64,000 nucleotides of DNA from Selaginella moellendorffii (GCF_000143415.4 NW_003314333.1:917670-981669), one strand, 5' to 3'; counted from the first letter of the stretch, positions 1-14,640 are shown. Notes: generated by a model from the letters alone, not told the origin. A program made the numbers and translations.

Positions 1-160
1 GAACACGATCTCTTAAAAATCTCATTACGTACGCGCCCCAGAGTACGGACACTGGAACTTACCAAAGGTCAAAAGAAAGAGTTTAATCTGGGCGGTAGAA
101 CCATTGGAGCAATCTCAGCCACTGGTCTCAACTTTGCATCCCAGCCGTTGGGTTTTCCCG

Positions 161-875
<715 letters not shown>

Positions 876-962
876 CTGTAGAAGGAGAACGTAAGCTTCT
901 ATTTCTTACTGCAAAAACGACTGCCATCGAATGGAGATTTTTTCTTTGGAAAGTTTTGTGTC

Positions 963-2555
963 TCAACTAGGAGGAGCCTGCGCTGCAAAATCCGGGTACC
1001 TCTCTTTCGTCAAGCCGTGAAGCCACCGAGCAAAGACCCCGTCCTTGGCTTCGGTGGAAGCAATGTGGGGATAGATCACCTCGGTCTTAAACTCGGCAAT
1101 TTCCTTCTCGAACGACTTTAGCGAGACCTCTTCGTGGCTTCCCGCGAATCTCTGGTTATACGCAGTGTACAAGCACTCGTCGAGGAAGAGGCCGAGCTCC
1201 GGTGCCATTGGAACTCCGATCTTCGTGTCCCTGAAAGTTTCCGAAACTTAAAGAGACAAGAAAGAACGAAGAACCAAATCTTACCTCCGAAAGGCTCTCT
1301 CGAAGATGGTCTCCGGAGCATCACCTCGCATCACCGCCACGGCCAGGCCGATCATCTTGCGGATCTGGTGAAGCATGAAGCTCTGGCCGATCACTGTGCA
1401 CCGGACAAACTTACAGCCTTGGATCGTGAAAACTTCGCCGGCCTCGTACGAGGTGATATACCGCTGCGTGCTTGGATCCTCCGGCTTGACACGGCACGTA
1501 AAGTTGTGGAAGTAGCGAGTCCCAACGTAGTTTTGGAGGATCTTCGTGAGCTTGGCTCGCTCCTCGTCACCGAAAGTGAATCCGGTCTCGAGATCACTGC
1601 TTGTGCAGGTGCAAGTCGGAGTGAATCTGCCGGTGGTAGTGCCGGTGGTGGAAGTGGTGTCTTCCTCTACATCCTCGCTGGTGATAGCTTCTCCCAGATT
1701 GTCTCCCGGATTGGCTGCTTCGATGGTCGGGCTCTCGACTCGGTGGGAGGCCGGATCCAAGGCGAAAACCGGAAGAACATACTCGTACCTCCGCCTGTCG
1801 CAGAGATTCTTGGCACTAAACGTTCCTGTCACCCTCGTGAATCCCAGCACCCGGATCTGCTTTGGGAGATGGGAGTTGACACGCTCCACAAAGCCAGGCG
1901 GATCCACGAAGAACCTCCCGGACACCACTTGGCCTGCGGCACTGACTCCCTTGTCCGTCCTCGCAGCTCTCGCCCAGTCGATCTTCCTGGGGTCCCCGAA
2001 AGTTGACTCCGCGATGGCACCCGCCTTGAACAGCGCTTCCTCGAGATCGCCCTCGATGGTCTTGCAGCCTTTGTTGCGCTGCATCCCCTGGTAGCCATAA
2101 CCACTGTAAGAAACGAAGATGGCGATCTTTCTCTTCTTGTAGCGCGCTGGCTTCTTGGCGTCTCTAGTTTCCCTTGTATCCTGGGAAGCTCCTTGCGAAG
2201 CTTGTACTCCATCAGGAACAAAGGCAGCGAGATCATCTTCGTCTATCTTCTTTCGTTTGAGCCCAGCTTTTTCTTTCTCAATCTCCTCTTCTTTGCCGAG
2301 AGTTTCTTCTTTCGCAACCGCTACTATTTCCTCCAGCTCCCCGCTACCTATTTCTTTCTGGAGATCCACACTTTCTTCCCCAGTACCTCTTAAAGAATTT
2401 GGGGCATCAGCGGGAGTAGAATCCCCCTGCTGCTGCCCCTCTTCTATATTTCGGACCTTTAGCTCCATCCCTTCTGCTATTGCCTCTCTTCCAACCGCTG
2501 GGAAGCTTTCTTCACTGGAAATTGTAGCAATGCCGTCGACTGCGCTCGAATCCAT
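963..2555 (-). CDS. PUS1: tRNA pseudouridine synthase, TruA/PUS1 family; exons 2555-1285 and 1230-963
   Basis: Motifs YSGYGYQGMQ, ARTDKGVSA (catalytic Asp), FHNFT, GQSFMLHQIRKMIG and P.AP.LGLFL. One 54-nt intron joins the two ORFs in frame. Confidence 0.92.
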
Positions 2556-2777
2556 CGATTTTCTCTACACTAGACCATGGATTTCCACCAGCGCTGCTTC
2601 TGGCGCATACCTGGGAGTGCTGTGATTCAGCCGATCTCCGCGTACCAGACCGCCACACCGCACATTTCCCTAGAACCCTAGCCTTCCTTAAACCCTAACC
2701 AAATATAGCTCCACATCTGACCGTTGGATTTCCGCTAAACCAAACGTCGAGATCCTAGAACCCTAAAATGCTGTGCC
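2556..2777. promoter_or_regulatory. Short bidirectional promoter between PUS1 and PIG-U with telobox motifs
   Basis: Divergent start codons 222 bp apart. AAACCCTAA at 2690-2698; related AACCCTA at ~2674 and ~2759. Confidence 0.55.
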
Positions 2778-4790
2778 ATGGTTTTGCAGGGGAGGAGATC
2801 GTTGGCGATATGGGGCGGAATAACGCTCGCCGCGATCGCGAGGCTGCTTTTACTGATGTCAGGCGCTTCCGCGCGGCTCAGTCGATCGGTGGAAATCGCT
2901 ACTCCGGTCACTAGTCTCGTTCGATGTAAGGCTGATTGCTTGATCACGATGAGCTACATTTTCATAGATATTTCCAGTGGAGGAGGGATTTTGGCTCAAG
3001 AAGCTGGGATTGTCTCCTTATGCCGGTGAGAAAACACTTCCTTGTTCCATTTTTCTCTAGCTTGCTAGTTTGCTACAGGATCTGTTTATCATGGATCTCC
3101 ATTGCTGCTGGAAATCATCGGTCCGCTTGGCGCAAATAGGTGAGAGGATATTTCCAAATTTTTCTCAAGGAAAAGCCAACGTTGTCTCGCTGTGACAGCC
3201 CCATTCTTTTTCTTCTTTCGGATTTCGCTACGGCTCTGTTGATAATTCTCATTGGAAAGCGTCTCTCCGCTGCTCGCGATCACTACACTCGTCTTCTGGA
3301 GCTGCCAATACCTTCCCAAGGCAAGAGAAAAGTAAGATTGGAACATTGGAATCACATATTCCATGCTTTTTCTTACAGGTGAAACGCTTGACATTGGAGA
3401 GATAGCCGCGCTACTCTATCTTTTTAATCCCTTCACAGTCTTTGTCTGTGTTGGAGGATCGACGTCGTCTTTCGAAAGCTTCGTTGTATGCTTGGCTCTC
3501 TACGCTTCGTTAGAAGGTGCGGCATATCAAACGTTGGAATTTATTTTCTTTCTTTCGAAACCATATTTTTCTATGCAGGAAATGCTCCGCTTGCTGCTTT
3601 TGCGTGGGTGATGGCTTCGCACTTCGCAATGTATCCTCTTGTTCTGTTAATTCCGGTAACTTCACGCACTTTCGATCTAGCAACTCACATTCTTTGCGTC
3701 TTCTTTTTGAAGATCGCGTCGGCGCTGTGTTGCGGACCAGACAAGCCCCGCTCCAAAATATTCAGGCTAAAGTCTTCAGAATCTCTGAAGTCCTCGACCA
3801 ACGTTCAATGGCAAAAGCTCTGGAGCTTTATCCTCTGGTCAGCCGTCTGGTCGTCTTGCGTACTGGGATTGTGTAACCGGATTCTTCGTCACGATGGAGG
3901 TCTCGGAGAAATGCTAAGAGAGTAAGCGTTCTTTTTTTCTCGCTCGTTCTCTTTGGTCGCTTTGAATAAAGCTTTACATCTTTTGCAGGACGTATGGCTT
4001 CATTTTAACTGTCAAAGATCTCACTCCAAACATTGGAGTGTATTGGTACGTAGTCCTTTTGTTTTCTTACTACAACTACCTCGCTTCCTCAATCCTTGCT
4101 TTCAGGTACTTTTTTACCGAGGTGTTCGACTTCTATCGGTCATTCTTCCTCATGGTGTTTCATGGCAACATATTTTGCATGATAGCACCACTGTCTATAT
4201 GCTTCTATCACCGACCGATTTTCCTTTCTTTTATTTTAATGGCGGTTGTCTCGACTCTAAAGTCTTACCCCTCGGTAAGATGTCTCCTTGCAACTTAAGC
4301 GTTCTTATATTGCTTTGCTCAGGTTGGAGACGCGGCGTTGTATTTGGGACTGATGGGCCTTTTTACTCACGAGCTCTCTGGTCTGTATTCCTTTGGATTT
4401 GGATCAGAGGTTTATGGAATTTTTGCTTCAGATTTTAAGTACGCGTTCCTTCTCCTCAATTCCTACATTTGCGTTGCAGCTCTTGGGCCCGTGATGTTCA
4501 ACCTATGGATTTGGAGGGTATTTATTTCTTTTCTTGTTCATCAATAATTTCATGCCTCTTTCTTCTTTTCCTTCTTTTCTTCAGGGAACAGGAAATGCCA
4601 ACTTCTATTTTGCGACTGCTTTGGCCTATGCGTTTGTCCAGGTAAACGCGGTCTTTCTTTGCTAAGCTAGCTAAAGGAAACTCGGCAGACAATTTTGATC
4701 GTTGAAAGCGTCAACTCGATGCTACGCTTCGAGCGAGGCCTCAAGCTGACAATCAAAACAACACTGTCAAGCTCTAAGAAAGACAACTGA
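2778..4790 (+). CDS. PIGU: GPI transamidase subunit PIG-U, multi-exon
   Basis: Spliced pieces give EIATPVTS, EEGFWL..SPYAGSVYHGSPLLL, YLFNPF, DLTPNIGVYWYFFTEVFDFYR, KSYPS.GD and LWIWRGTGNANFYFA. Stop TGA at 4788-4790. Confidence 0.9.
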
Positions 4791-5302
4791 AAACCTGTGA
4801 GTTACTACAACTTTTACATATTTTTATTGTTTCAAGTGGCCAACAGCTTTTAGAGGCGGCGATCTTAGCACACCGAATTGGAGATCACTGACGTTAAGCC
4901 TTGATTGCTGCCATAAGTTAATCCATATGTGCATAGTACTTGCTACTTGCTATAAACGATTTGCTATGCTCATTGTTAGAAATAGTATATAAAAACCACC
5001 AGACAATTCTGTGGGCAATACATGGCATCTTTAAATTGGACAGTGCCTGCGCAGAGACACAACTGATTTACTTTACATTCAAGCTATCAAACGGAACATT
5101 TCAGTCTCTATCAACTTTGGCCGAATGAAGTTAACGTGGATTGTTGGGGTCGCAAGCAGAGCCATGCTGTGAGGGATTGACGATAAGGTTTCTCTTCTTT
5201 GAATATTTCCATGTCCACACGTTATGAAGAGGATATTGTCGTTTAAAAGCGAGCTTCATCGATCTGCTTGATTATTTTTTTCTTCTTTTTCCACTTCGAA
5301 GA

Positions 5303-6223
5303 ATGTCAGAAACAGAAGCATTGCTGCTGATGGTATGCTTCTTACTTGCTCACGCAGCAGCAGATCTCAATGAGGAGATGAGAGATTTTCTCCGAGACGT
5401 GAATCCTCCGTTTGTCATAAATCATACGGTTTGTTTTTTCGTTTTCAGATCCTTGTGAACAGTTATCAAATCGAGACATCATCCTCTGCGTCCCAATTAA
5501 AAATCAACTGTCTCTAAGAAACCAGACACTGCAGCTTCGGGTAAGTTGTCCAACATGGATGAAAACTAATGATTTCTCGTCTAGCCTGCTCAAATGATGA
5601 GCAAACAAGAGCACAATGGATCAGAAAATTCCGGTCAGCTGTTTGGTTTAGAAGTTGGATCGTGCAAGGAAAACACAATACCGGTGTTGCACACTTCGAA
5701 TACCATAGTCGCAAGATTTGATTCTGTGAGGAAGCTAACCAAAAAACATTCCTCTGGAAAAAATCGAGTGCCATTGGCTGATGAAGAACCTGGCGTAGAA
5801 ACTCATGAGGTACTACAGTAATCTAGCAGGATCTGATCAAAACTCTCAAGAGTTGACAATACTTTGCATGATCACGACAGCATGGCTACAACCAGTTGAA
5901 CGGCAACTTCCAAGGGATGGAAACAACTATAAATGTTTGGGAGCCATACGTGGAACAAACTTCCGAGTTCAGTCTGTTGCAGTTGTGGATTATCTCAAAC
6001 AAATTAGGCCCAGGTACTCCATAACACCATCCTTGCCACAGTGAAGCAGGATGGCAGGTGTGTTGAAATTTAGATGTTTCTATACTGAACCTTGCTTGAA
6101 GGTTTATCCTAATTACTATGGAGGAACTGGGCCTCGACTCTTTGTCTACTGGACGGTAAATCAGATTGGTAATAAAACCTTTTATAAGCGTTGTCAATGG
6201 CAGGCTGATGGCTACAGAAATCA
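5303..6223 (+). pseudogene. Neprosin (DUF239) gene, 5' half, interrupted by an 11.3-kb insertion
   Basis: Signal peptide MSETEALLLMVCFLLAHAAA; propeptide DIILCVPIKNQ and SCKENTIPV; catalytic-domain pieces INVWEPYVEQTSEFSL.QLWI, EAGWQV, YPNYYGGTGPRLFVYWT, ADGYRN. Confidence 0.85.
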
Positions 6224-8791
6224 AGAAACTAGGAAAAATATCACAAGCAATCTCTCATGCTAGTAATCTCCATCAACACATTGTGACTGGACTCATGCTT
6301 AAGGATTAGCATGAGGCCTTATGCTAAAGTGCTAAAAAGATTTTGATTTGTCTAGTTTCTTGATGGTAATCTTGCTCAAATGTCTGTCCATGGGACAAGT
6401 AATATTATTATCAAGGAATTGGCAAAAACACCCCATCCATTCCTAAGTGTGAGGCTTTATGCTAATAACCTCCTATAGAATTACCTCCACTGCCCCTTTC
6501 TTACGAGTCCTCATGCTATTAACCTCCTATAGAATTACTTCCATTACCCCTTTCACTTAGCATGAGGCCTTACACTAGGATCCATTCTCTCCCATTTCAA
6601 AAATATTTTAAGTAATTCTAATAAGTTCTTTCATGTTTCTAGGCCTAACAATCTAAAACACTTCTACATGAGTCCATCAAAGTGAAAAGAGGCTGCAACT
6701 CCACATAACCACAAAAGTGGACATTAGAGATACAAGATGATGATCTAGTGTTGGTGGATCTTACCAACCCAAATAGTCCAATAGTCTATGGGATTGTCAT
6801 CAAAGAAGAGGAGATTCTTAACAAAGACATGAACAAGGAAGGAGGGCCATTTATACAGAGCTTCAAAAGACATTCATCAGGAATATTGTTCAAGACTCAG
6901 AGTTTATTCTGTCAACTACAATATAGTTTGCAAAGAAGGAATTGATACAACCTTCATTGCTTATGGAATCCTCAAGGACAGACTAACTTTGTCAAGAGCA
7001 TTGTTGTTGTGGATAGTCAACAATAGGATTCTAATTGAGAGACTTTTTGATTAGAGGGAAATAGAAAAATTGGAGCATCCATTCCATGACCTCTCCAACT
7101 ACAATCCAAATGATAAACATAATGTCAATCAGGTTGTTGATGATAAACATACATTAAGCAATACATCCTCATTAACATCAACGTCCAATGATTAGGAGAG
7201 TGAGGATGATGAAGACAAGGTACAACACAATGATAATGAAGAGGATAATAGTGAGACAAAAAGTGACAAGTGATAAAATTCAAGACAAGAGTCCTTCCTC
7301 ATCATGAAAAGAAGAAGAAAATGATGATGAACCACCACAGAAGAGGATTAGATGTAAACTTTGGAGCAAGGTTGCAAGCAATAATGCATGGACGAGCCAA
7401 GGACAAAAACCTCCATACAAAGCAAGAAAAAAAAGTGTCACACAATAAATAAACCAAAAGATGGTAGAAATGAAGGCTCCAAAAAGAAGAGCAAAAGGGT
7501 GAAATGATGACAGCACAATTACAATAATAGGGGTGAAAAAAAAGACTAATGTCGACAAGACACCCTTGTTGAAGTACAAGCACTACTACTTCAATGATCA
7601 AACAATCTACAAACTCCTAATGTCTTGGTGCATCATTGATGCAACTCTTTGTTCACAATACCCTCAAAGAGCTAATGATTGTATAAGAGAACTCAATGGA
7701 TCTAGGTGATGCAATCCCAATCACTATGGACAAGGATGGTTAGACATTTGTCGAAAGGATAGGCAAGGAAACAACAAAAAATCCAACAGTCAAATTCATT
7801 GTCATGTCTAGGCGGCACTTGACAAAAGCAATGCAAGAGATCTCTTTTGATCTAATATACACGAAGAAGATGCAGGCAAAATTCTCAATATGATACTTCT
7901 AAATCATGAAGGGGTCAACACCACAGGATACCATTATTGAGATATCCAATCTTGTGAACCAGCATAAGAGTAGCCTCAATGACAATCTTGTACATAGTCG
8001 CCACAACTAGAAGAGTGTAAGTGACTAATTTTTCCATTCTACTTTAGTTATTTAACCACACCTTTGACCACTTGGAGGAGTCTTATTCACAACCTCCATA
8101 AGTTCAATTCAGAATTTGGGATTTGCTAGATCCAAGAATGGCATCTATGCTACTTAACTTTTGGACTTGGTCCAAGTGCTTCACATGTTTGATCCCATGA
8201 TCAACACCCCAAGGTACCACCAACATATTAGCCCGTTACGCTAAGGCCATGCTTATTCACTTTGGTCACATTGGTGGTCCAACACTACTTGCATCGCAGT
8301 CCCATCTCTCAAAGACTGGGCCATCTGTCTATGAAAGACCATCTAAGATCCATTCCCTAGTATCCCACTACCACTGGAACAAAGCCCACAAGCCCGACCA
8401 CTAAGTTCCACTGTCCTTTGGGACTTCCTTACCACATGACCATATCCTTGGTCACTACACTAAAGGACCATTCCTCTTCCTTTCCATAGTCTAGGACTTT
8501 AGGACAATATTTTGGAACATCATGGCCTTATGTAAGCCTCATGGGTACTCTCCCCACTTTCTGCCTTTGGGTGCTCTAACTATGGGCTTAGAGTGAGGTT
8601 CCGTTTAGCCACGCCAGATATCCAAGTAGGTAGTGCCACCCACGCTTGGACTGGGAGCATCAACCATTCAATCTCCCGGGGGAACTAAAGCCGGCTCTTG
8701 AACACTTTACCAAGTTACCCCCCTTATCAATTTGTATTCACTTTAGCTTTGGACTTCCCAGTGGTTATCTCATCACCCAACAGCTCAGACA

Positions 8792-8940
8792 CCATCTCGG
8801 GTCCATCTCGGACTCCATCTCAGGTCCATCTTAGACTCCATCTCAGGTCCATCTCGGGTCCATCTCGAACTCCATCTCAGACTCTATCTTGGGTCCATCT
8901 TGGACTCTATCTTAGGTCCATCTCGGACTCCTTCTTGGAC
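8792..8940 (+). repeat. Imperfect tandem repeat of 11-12 bp units (CCATCTCGGGT / CCATCTCGGACT)
   Basis: About a dozen degenerate CCATCTY-containing units in a row. Confidence 0.75.
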
Positions 8941-9966
8941 ACTTTCATATATCATGTGTTGGTCCTCTTGTGTCCCTTTTCTAGAGACTCCTTTATTGCT
9001 CACTTCATGCTTGTTCTTCAAACACTTCGTTGGGAGTTCCACTCCCACTCTCGACCTTTCAAGTTGGAGTTTTTAGTCCAAACATGTTATGCATATTTGG
9101 CTTTCGCTTTAGCCACTACCACATGGCACACTTTTGGCTCCATTTTGGGGCTTAGGGATTTGTGTCTCACAACTCTACCACCCATAGATGAATTTCGATG
9201 TCTTCATCGAATGATAAATTATTTTATAAAGTAATACTAGTATGTATTACCCTTTCCATCCTTGGCACCTAGCCAATATTCGTCAATTGTTTGACACTGA
9301 AGGCTCATTATGCCTTGTCCATCCTCCAAAAAGCATAATCTCTCTAACATAAAGACTCGATCGACCACCTATGGTGGTTCTCTCCCTTTCATTGGTTTAG
9401 TTTTTACTAAATCTATTTGAGATGCTTCCTCTATCTCAATCCCATTACTTATTCTTGAATAGTCTCAACTTCTATTGATATAACCATTTCACTTTAGAAC
9501 TTTTGACAAAAATTCAACAGTCAAAAAGGAAACTTTGTTACATCCATAGATGTAGTTTAATATGCCAACTATAAAAGCAAGAAATCTAAAAGATATCAAT
9601 CAAATGAAGTACCTACATGGCTGCTTGTAAATAATCAAATAGAAGAGAAGGAAATGTTTTAAGAGAGACACCTAAGCTCAGGCTAAATACATATATATGG
9701 ATTTACTATATATGACTATACCTGAATTTAAAATAACTGAAATAATAATAATTATGCCTTTTTAAACTAAATTTCTTAAATAAACTTAAATATGGATTGT
9801 TGTGCACTCAACGTCGTCAACACATTATCTATGCCGTTTCCCTTACTGTCACCAATAGAGAATCCAGTCACCTACCAAAGGAAAACCAGAATCGTAAGAC
9901 TCCCTTTGTATCAAAGTCTAGCTGAATCGCACTTGGAAAGCCTCCTTTACCACTAAATACTAGTGA

Positions 9967-12645
9967 TCACATCTTTCTCGTACACTTTTTGGTATGCCTT
10001 ACAGCTGCAATCTGCTCGATCATACCAAAATTGGAGCCGATAATAACACTTGAGGCATATATATCCATCGGATTAGACTTTTGATATGAGAGAGCTGATG
10101 AATTGTCCTTGTCCGAGAAAAATACATATCCAAAGTTCGTTCGAGCATACTCTACAAAAAACAAAAATTAAAAATAAACGAAAAATGTATAACGTATGGA
10201 CTTACTTTCATCGCCAGGCTGCTCATTGTCCTTGATAGCAATCAGTCGTCGGACGTCACTCTTAAGATTTCGAACGACTTCCGACCAATCCGCAATGGCT
10301 GGCTTAAGAGGGTCTCCAGAGCACTTGCTTTGGATGTACAAAAGAAATGGCTCCAAATCAATGCCTTTTACTTCCTCGAGTATCAGGAAGGTATCAGCCC
10401 CGCTGTTCCGAGGTCCACAGATGGCCCAAGTCCCTGACCTTTGAACCTCCTCCTTTGAGCCTGGACTACTGTGTTTGATCCGAAACCAAAAAACTAAAAA
10501 CAAGAACATACCTGGACTTAGTTGCTTGATTGAAACTGGAAAAGTGGGGAACCTGAACTTTCGGTTCTTCAGATTGTCAGGGATGTACCAATCGCAAGGC
10601 AACACATCCGCCAGCATGAAGGTGTCTGAACCCCCCGATAGTAACTGCAAATAACATGTTAGTAACCGAGACTATGAAAGACTATGAACGTAGAATTCAC
10701 ATACCTTATGAATGTAGATGCTGAAGATCAGAGACAACAAATCGTTGTCTTCCTTCTGCTTCCAATCATCCGTTGACATTGTTGTCAAATCAAAAGTTGT
10801 AGAGCCAAAAAGGTCCTCCCGCTGGAGTGTTAGCTTATGCAGTAACACAGGTGAAAACTCCACCAGAGCCTTTTCTTCGTCAAGAACCACAGCCACTACT
10901 CCACAACTCTCCAGAGCTTCCCATGTCAAAACATTCTCTCTTGGAAAGGCCTGCAGCAGAATCGGTCCATTCCTTGAGACATGCTCACGAAGCATCGATG
11001 CTTGAATTGCTCGTAAGAGATAAGAAAATCTCTCATCCCCGGCAAAGCCATTGTAATACTTGAATCTTCTGCATAGGCTCCACACACGATCCAGAATCTG
11101 CCTTACTTTGTCTCTCAGGAAGGGCTCCTGAATTCTCAGCGCAAGGTTGTCAATGTCAAGGGCCATGTCTGGGTCATCTGAAGCCAAAGCCTGAACCATG
11201 AAGGTAATCAACCTCGGATTCCCTCCGCTCAGCTTGCACAACAGCTGCATGCCATCATTTAAAGCATGAAGTTCTTCACGGTTTGAAGTCCTCAGCACCT
11301 TGTTAAAGACTTGCAACACCAGCTTCTCCCGATCGCTGCTGCTGAGAGGGTTGACAGGAATATAAATCACTTCAGATGATCCACTGTCACCGCTCTCTCT
11401 CAAAGATGCCGCTGTGAAAAGGTTGGTCGCTCCGAGCATAGTGACGAACGTTTTGCCACCCACGTTCCTGTACTTCCAAACTATGAACTGCCGAAACAGT
11501 TTCTGAACAAGGACGTTGCTCCTCCCAATCTCATCAAAGAAGAACGACAGGAAAATGTTTTGGTCTCCGAGCTCGCAGACTTCTCGCAACAAAGCTATCA
11601 CGTCATCAAACAGGAGGAACTTCTTCAAATCAGGTGCTTCGGTATCAACAACAGCGACAAGCTCTTGGTAAGGAAAGCGCGTCCAAGTCCCAGTATCTTT
11701 TCTGATGTCATCTTGGCCATCTGCTCTAGAAACAGCTGCATGCAAAGTCCTCAGGGCCAAAACCTGAGCATCACCCAGCCCGGCCTCGCCATGAAAAGTT
11801 GAAATAAAATCATGGTACATGAGCACGTCGAGATGTTCAACGGTGCTCATCATGGCATCCCACGGTCGCACCTCATCGGTTGATGTATCGAAAAGTGAGG
11901 CAAGTTCTTGAATCCTTAGCCCTGGATCACTCCGTTGCCTTCTCATCTCAATGAGTATTTGTGGGAGTGCCTTGCCAAGGGATGTTTTTCCCGCACCCGG
12001 GAATCCAACCACACCCATTATATGGTGGAGGCGCCTAAACACATCCCAGTCTGTGTGTTGACTGCTCATGAATTGCTTGTACAACAGCCAGTTACCCCTG
12101 AGCAAAGCATCCACAGTCTTCTCTCGTCCAACAATGGGAAACTGCTGCCCGATGTCCTTCAGAGACAAGCCAGTTGGCAAAGAAGATAATGAATCCCTTT
12201 CAAGGCATTTTCTGTACGTGCGGGCATGCTTAAGACGAGGTCCAAAGAGCTCCTTCAGCTTGGCAATCCGATCACGGGCGTTTGACCAAACAACTCCACT
12301 AGAGGGAATGAGCTGCTGACGGAGCTGCTTCTCCTTCTCCATCCAGTGCTTCTGAAGCTCACGGAGCTGCTTCTCCTTCTCCATCCAGTGCTTCTCCTTC
12401 TCCATCCAGTGCTTCTGAAGCTCACCCTGCGTGGAATCCACCTTCTGGCCAGCGCGCTCCACCTTCTGCTCAACCTGCTCAATCGCTTGTTGCACGGCCC
12501 TGATCTCCGATTCCACTTCCTCAATCTGCTGCTGAATCGATCGCTCAGGCCCATCCGCCCTTTGCCGCTTCCCAGCCCTGATATCTGATTCCAATTCTTC
12601 CCCATCCGCCCTTGGCCGCTTCCCATGAGACTGCTCTCGCACCAT
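9967..12645 (-). CDS. Crinkler/RHS (CR)-type protein: coiled-coil header + P-loop NTPase + PD-(D/E)xK-like nuclease; exons 12645-10705, 10644-10512, 10460-10206, 10151-~9967 (possible last exon to 9918)
   Basis: EKEKQLR heptad repeats, Walker A GFPGAGKT, Walker B FFFDEI, SGGNPRL, then NSGADTF...LYIQSK and FGYVFFSD. Three GT-AG introns keep the frame open. Confidence 0.78.
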
Positions 12646-12879
12646 GGCGGAACCCTAACCGAGGTACTCTGATTTTTAGGGTTCTAGCCGTAGAATGGGA
12701 CATTGTGCGAGGCGAGCTTCGACTGCATTCGATGTGAGGTTGGTAGAAAACACCTGAAACTGGCATTGAGGTATGTTCAGCTGAATCTGTGAAATGGTGT
12801 AGACCTTACTGATTTTACCTGCATTCGGGCAGGTAAACTGGAGTAGGTTCACGTAGAAAAGAACTAATGTTGACTACTC

Positions 12880-14640
12880 ATTCAGAGCGGCAGTGAGTAT
12901 ATGGCAGGACAGCTTCAGGCTTATGGCCATCTCGGACTCTCCTCAGAGAGCTGATCTTTGGCTGATCAACACGTAAGTTCAGTATCAGAAGGAAGAATCT
13001 TAAGCTGGATCAATTGTTGCTGCTGTTTTATTCGCAGGTGTACTGTGAAAGCTCCGACAATGGGAACACTGATACGTAAAGGCAAAGCAGCCTCTATTCC
13101 CTTGGTGGATAGCTGGATGCGTTCCTCAGGGTTTAAAAGATCTCGAAGCTGTCAGCGTCATCGGAGTGCAGTAAATACAGCGGGGGAGACTTTGAAAGGC
13201 CACGAGGCCCGGCTGCTTCGACGGGATGCTTTACCGTCTCTTGATTTGCCAAAAGTTTATAATCTCTTTTGCTGTTGTGTTTTCAGGTTCGTAAGAACAA
13301 GTTTGTCGAGATCATTCCTATCAACGTTGGCTGCTTGGGTGCTTGCACATACTGCAAGACGAAGCATGCTCGCGGGCATCTTGGCAGCTACACAGTAGAC
13401 ACACCAGTAAGGACCTTCGCCAGTTTCTTTTCTCTGTTACTGAGCTTTATCTACAGGTGCAAAGATTGAAAACCGTGGTGTCTGAAGGTGTGAAGGAGAT
13501 ATGGCGACACTGGAGCTTACGGTTATGGCTATCTGTTTCAAGCTAGCATTTTTTATTTACTTTTTTCTTTCTTTGCACTACAGGACGAGACATTGGAGCA
13601 AATATACCAGCGCTTCTACGTGCTTTAGTTGCCGTGCTTCCTCATAGACAGAAGTACAATGCTCCGAATCTACATCTTACAGCATCTGGAGGAAATGGCT
13701 GTCACCCCTGCGTGTATTCGTTCCTTCATGTTCTGGTTCAATCTGGAAGGGACTCGGTGTTGGAGGTACCGATGTTATGGGTGATTGTTTTGTCTCTGTA
13801 AGCTGTTTTCTGTGTTCTTCAGGGCATGAAGAGGGAGTACACGTTTTCCGAGTTTAGAAAAATTGTGGATACTCTCACAAGACTAGTCCCAGAGATTCAT
13901 ATCGCTACAGATATTATCTGTGGATTTCCAGGTACACTCGCATGCACGAAAAAGATTGTATCTTATTGAGCTTTTATCCTTGTCAGGGGAAACATCAGAG
14001 GATTTTGACAGGATCATGGAACTAATACGAGAGTGCACGTTCCCACAGGTCCACATATCACAGTTTTACCCTCGACCAGGTAGGTAATCTCTGTACATGC
14101 TACTGAATGGTTCTCTCTGTCACTAGTGTTTATCCTGTCAATATCCTTAGACAGGAACACCGGCGGCTCTAATGAAACGGGTTCCAACGCTCGAAGTGAA
14201 GAAACGAAGCCGTTCCTTGACAAGTCTGTTCGAATCGTTCACTCCTTACGCAGGAATGGAGAAAACGTACCGAGTCTGGGTCACCAACACTGCTGCTGAT
14301 GGAATTCATCTGGTATTCTTTCTTTTGTTCTACGTCTCTGCAGGTTGGCCTGTGTACAAGTTCTACTTCCAGCTGTACCGGGCCTTCTTGGAAGCAAGTT
14401 AATGTGAAGATTACGTCTGTCGGAAGATGGTCTGTGACTGGCGAGTGGCGAACCAGATTCCACTCCTGGAGACGATGCTGAGAAAGTCGGATGCGAGCAG
14501 CGGTAAGGAATGCGATCCTCGGGGAGTTCCTGAGAAAGAGATCCCGAGTTCGGGCATCACATTTTCGTTTGTTGAAATTCACCAGGATCAGAAGCGGCAG
14601 GCTCTGTGGTCACTCTTGTGGCTTTCTTTACACACTCCAG
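12880..14640 (+). pseudogene. CDKAL1: CDKAL1/MtaB-type tRNA methylthiotransferase pseudogene
   Basis: SEYMAGQL, ADLWLINT, radical [59 protein letters not shown]. Many small deletions and frameshifts; no intact 5' end seen. Confidence 0.85.

Noticed and set aside
1134-2625. Long plus-strand ORFs (290, 182, 156 aa)
   Set aside because: Antisense shadows of the PUS1 coding sequence.
8698-9234. 178-aa ORF and apparent spaced short repeats
   Set aside because: The ORF arises from a simple tandem repeat; there are no unique spacers, so it is not CRISPR-like.
6700-9400. Possible transposase or zinc-finger remnant inside the large insertion
   Set aside because: Too degenerate; no DDE, Rep/helicase or SWIM motif could be read with confidence.
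10672-12645. NLR/NB-ARC interpretation of the P-loop ORF
   Set aside because: No RNBS/GLPL/MHD motifs or LRRs; the architecture fits CR-NTPase + nuclease better.
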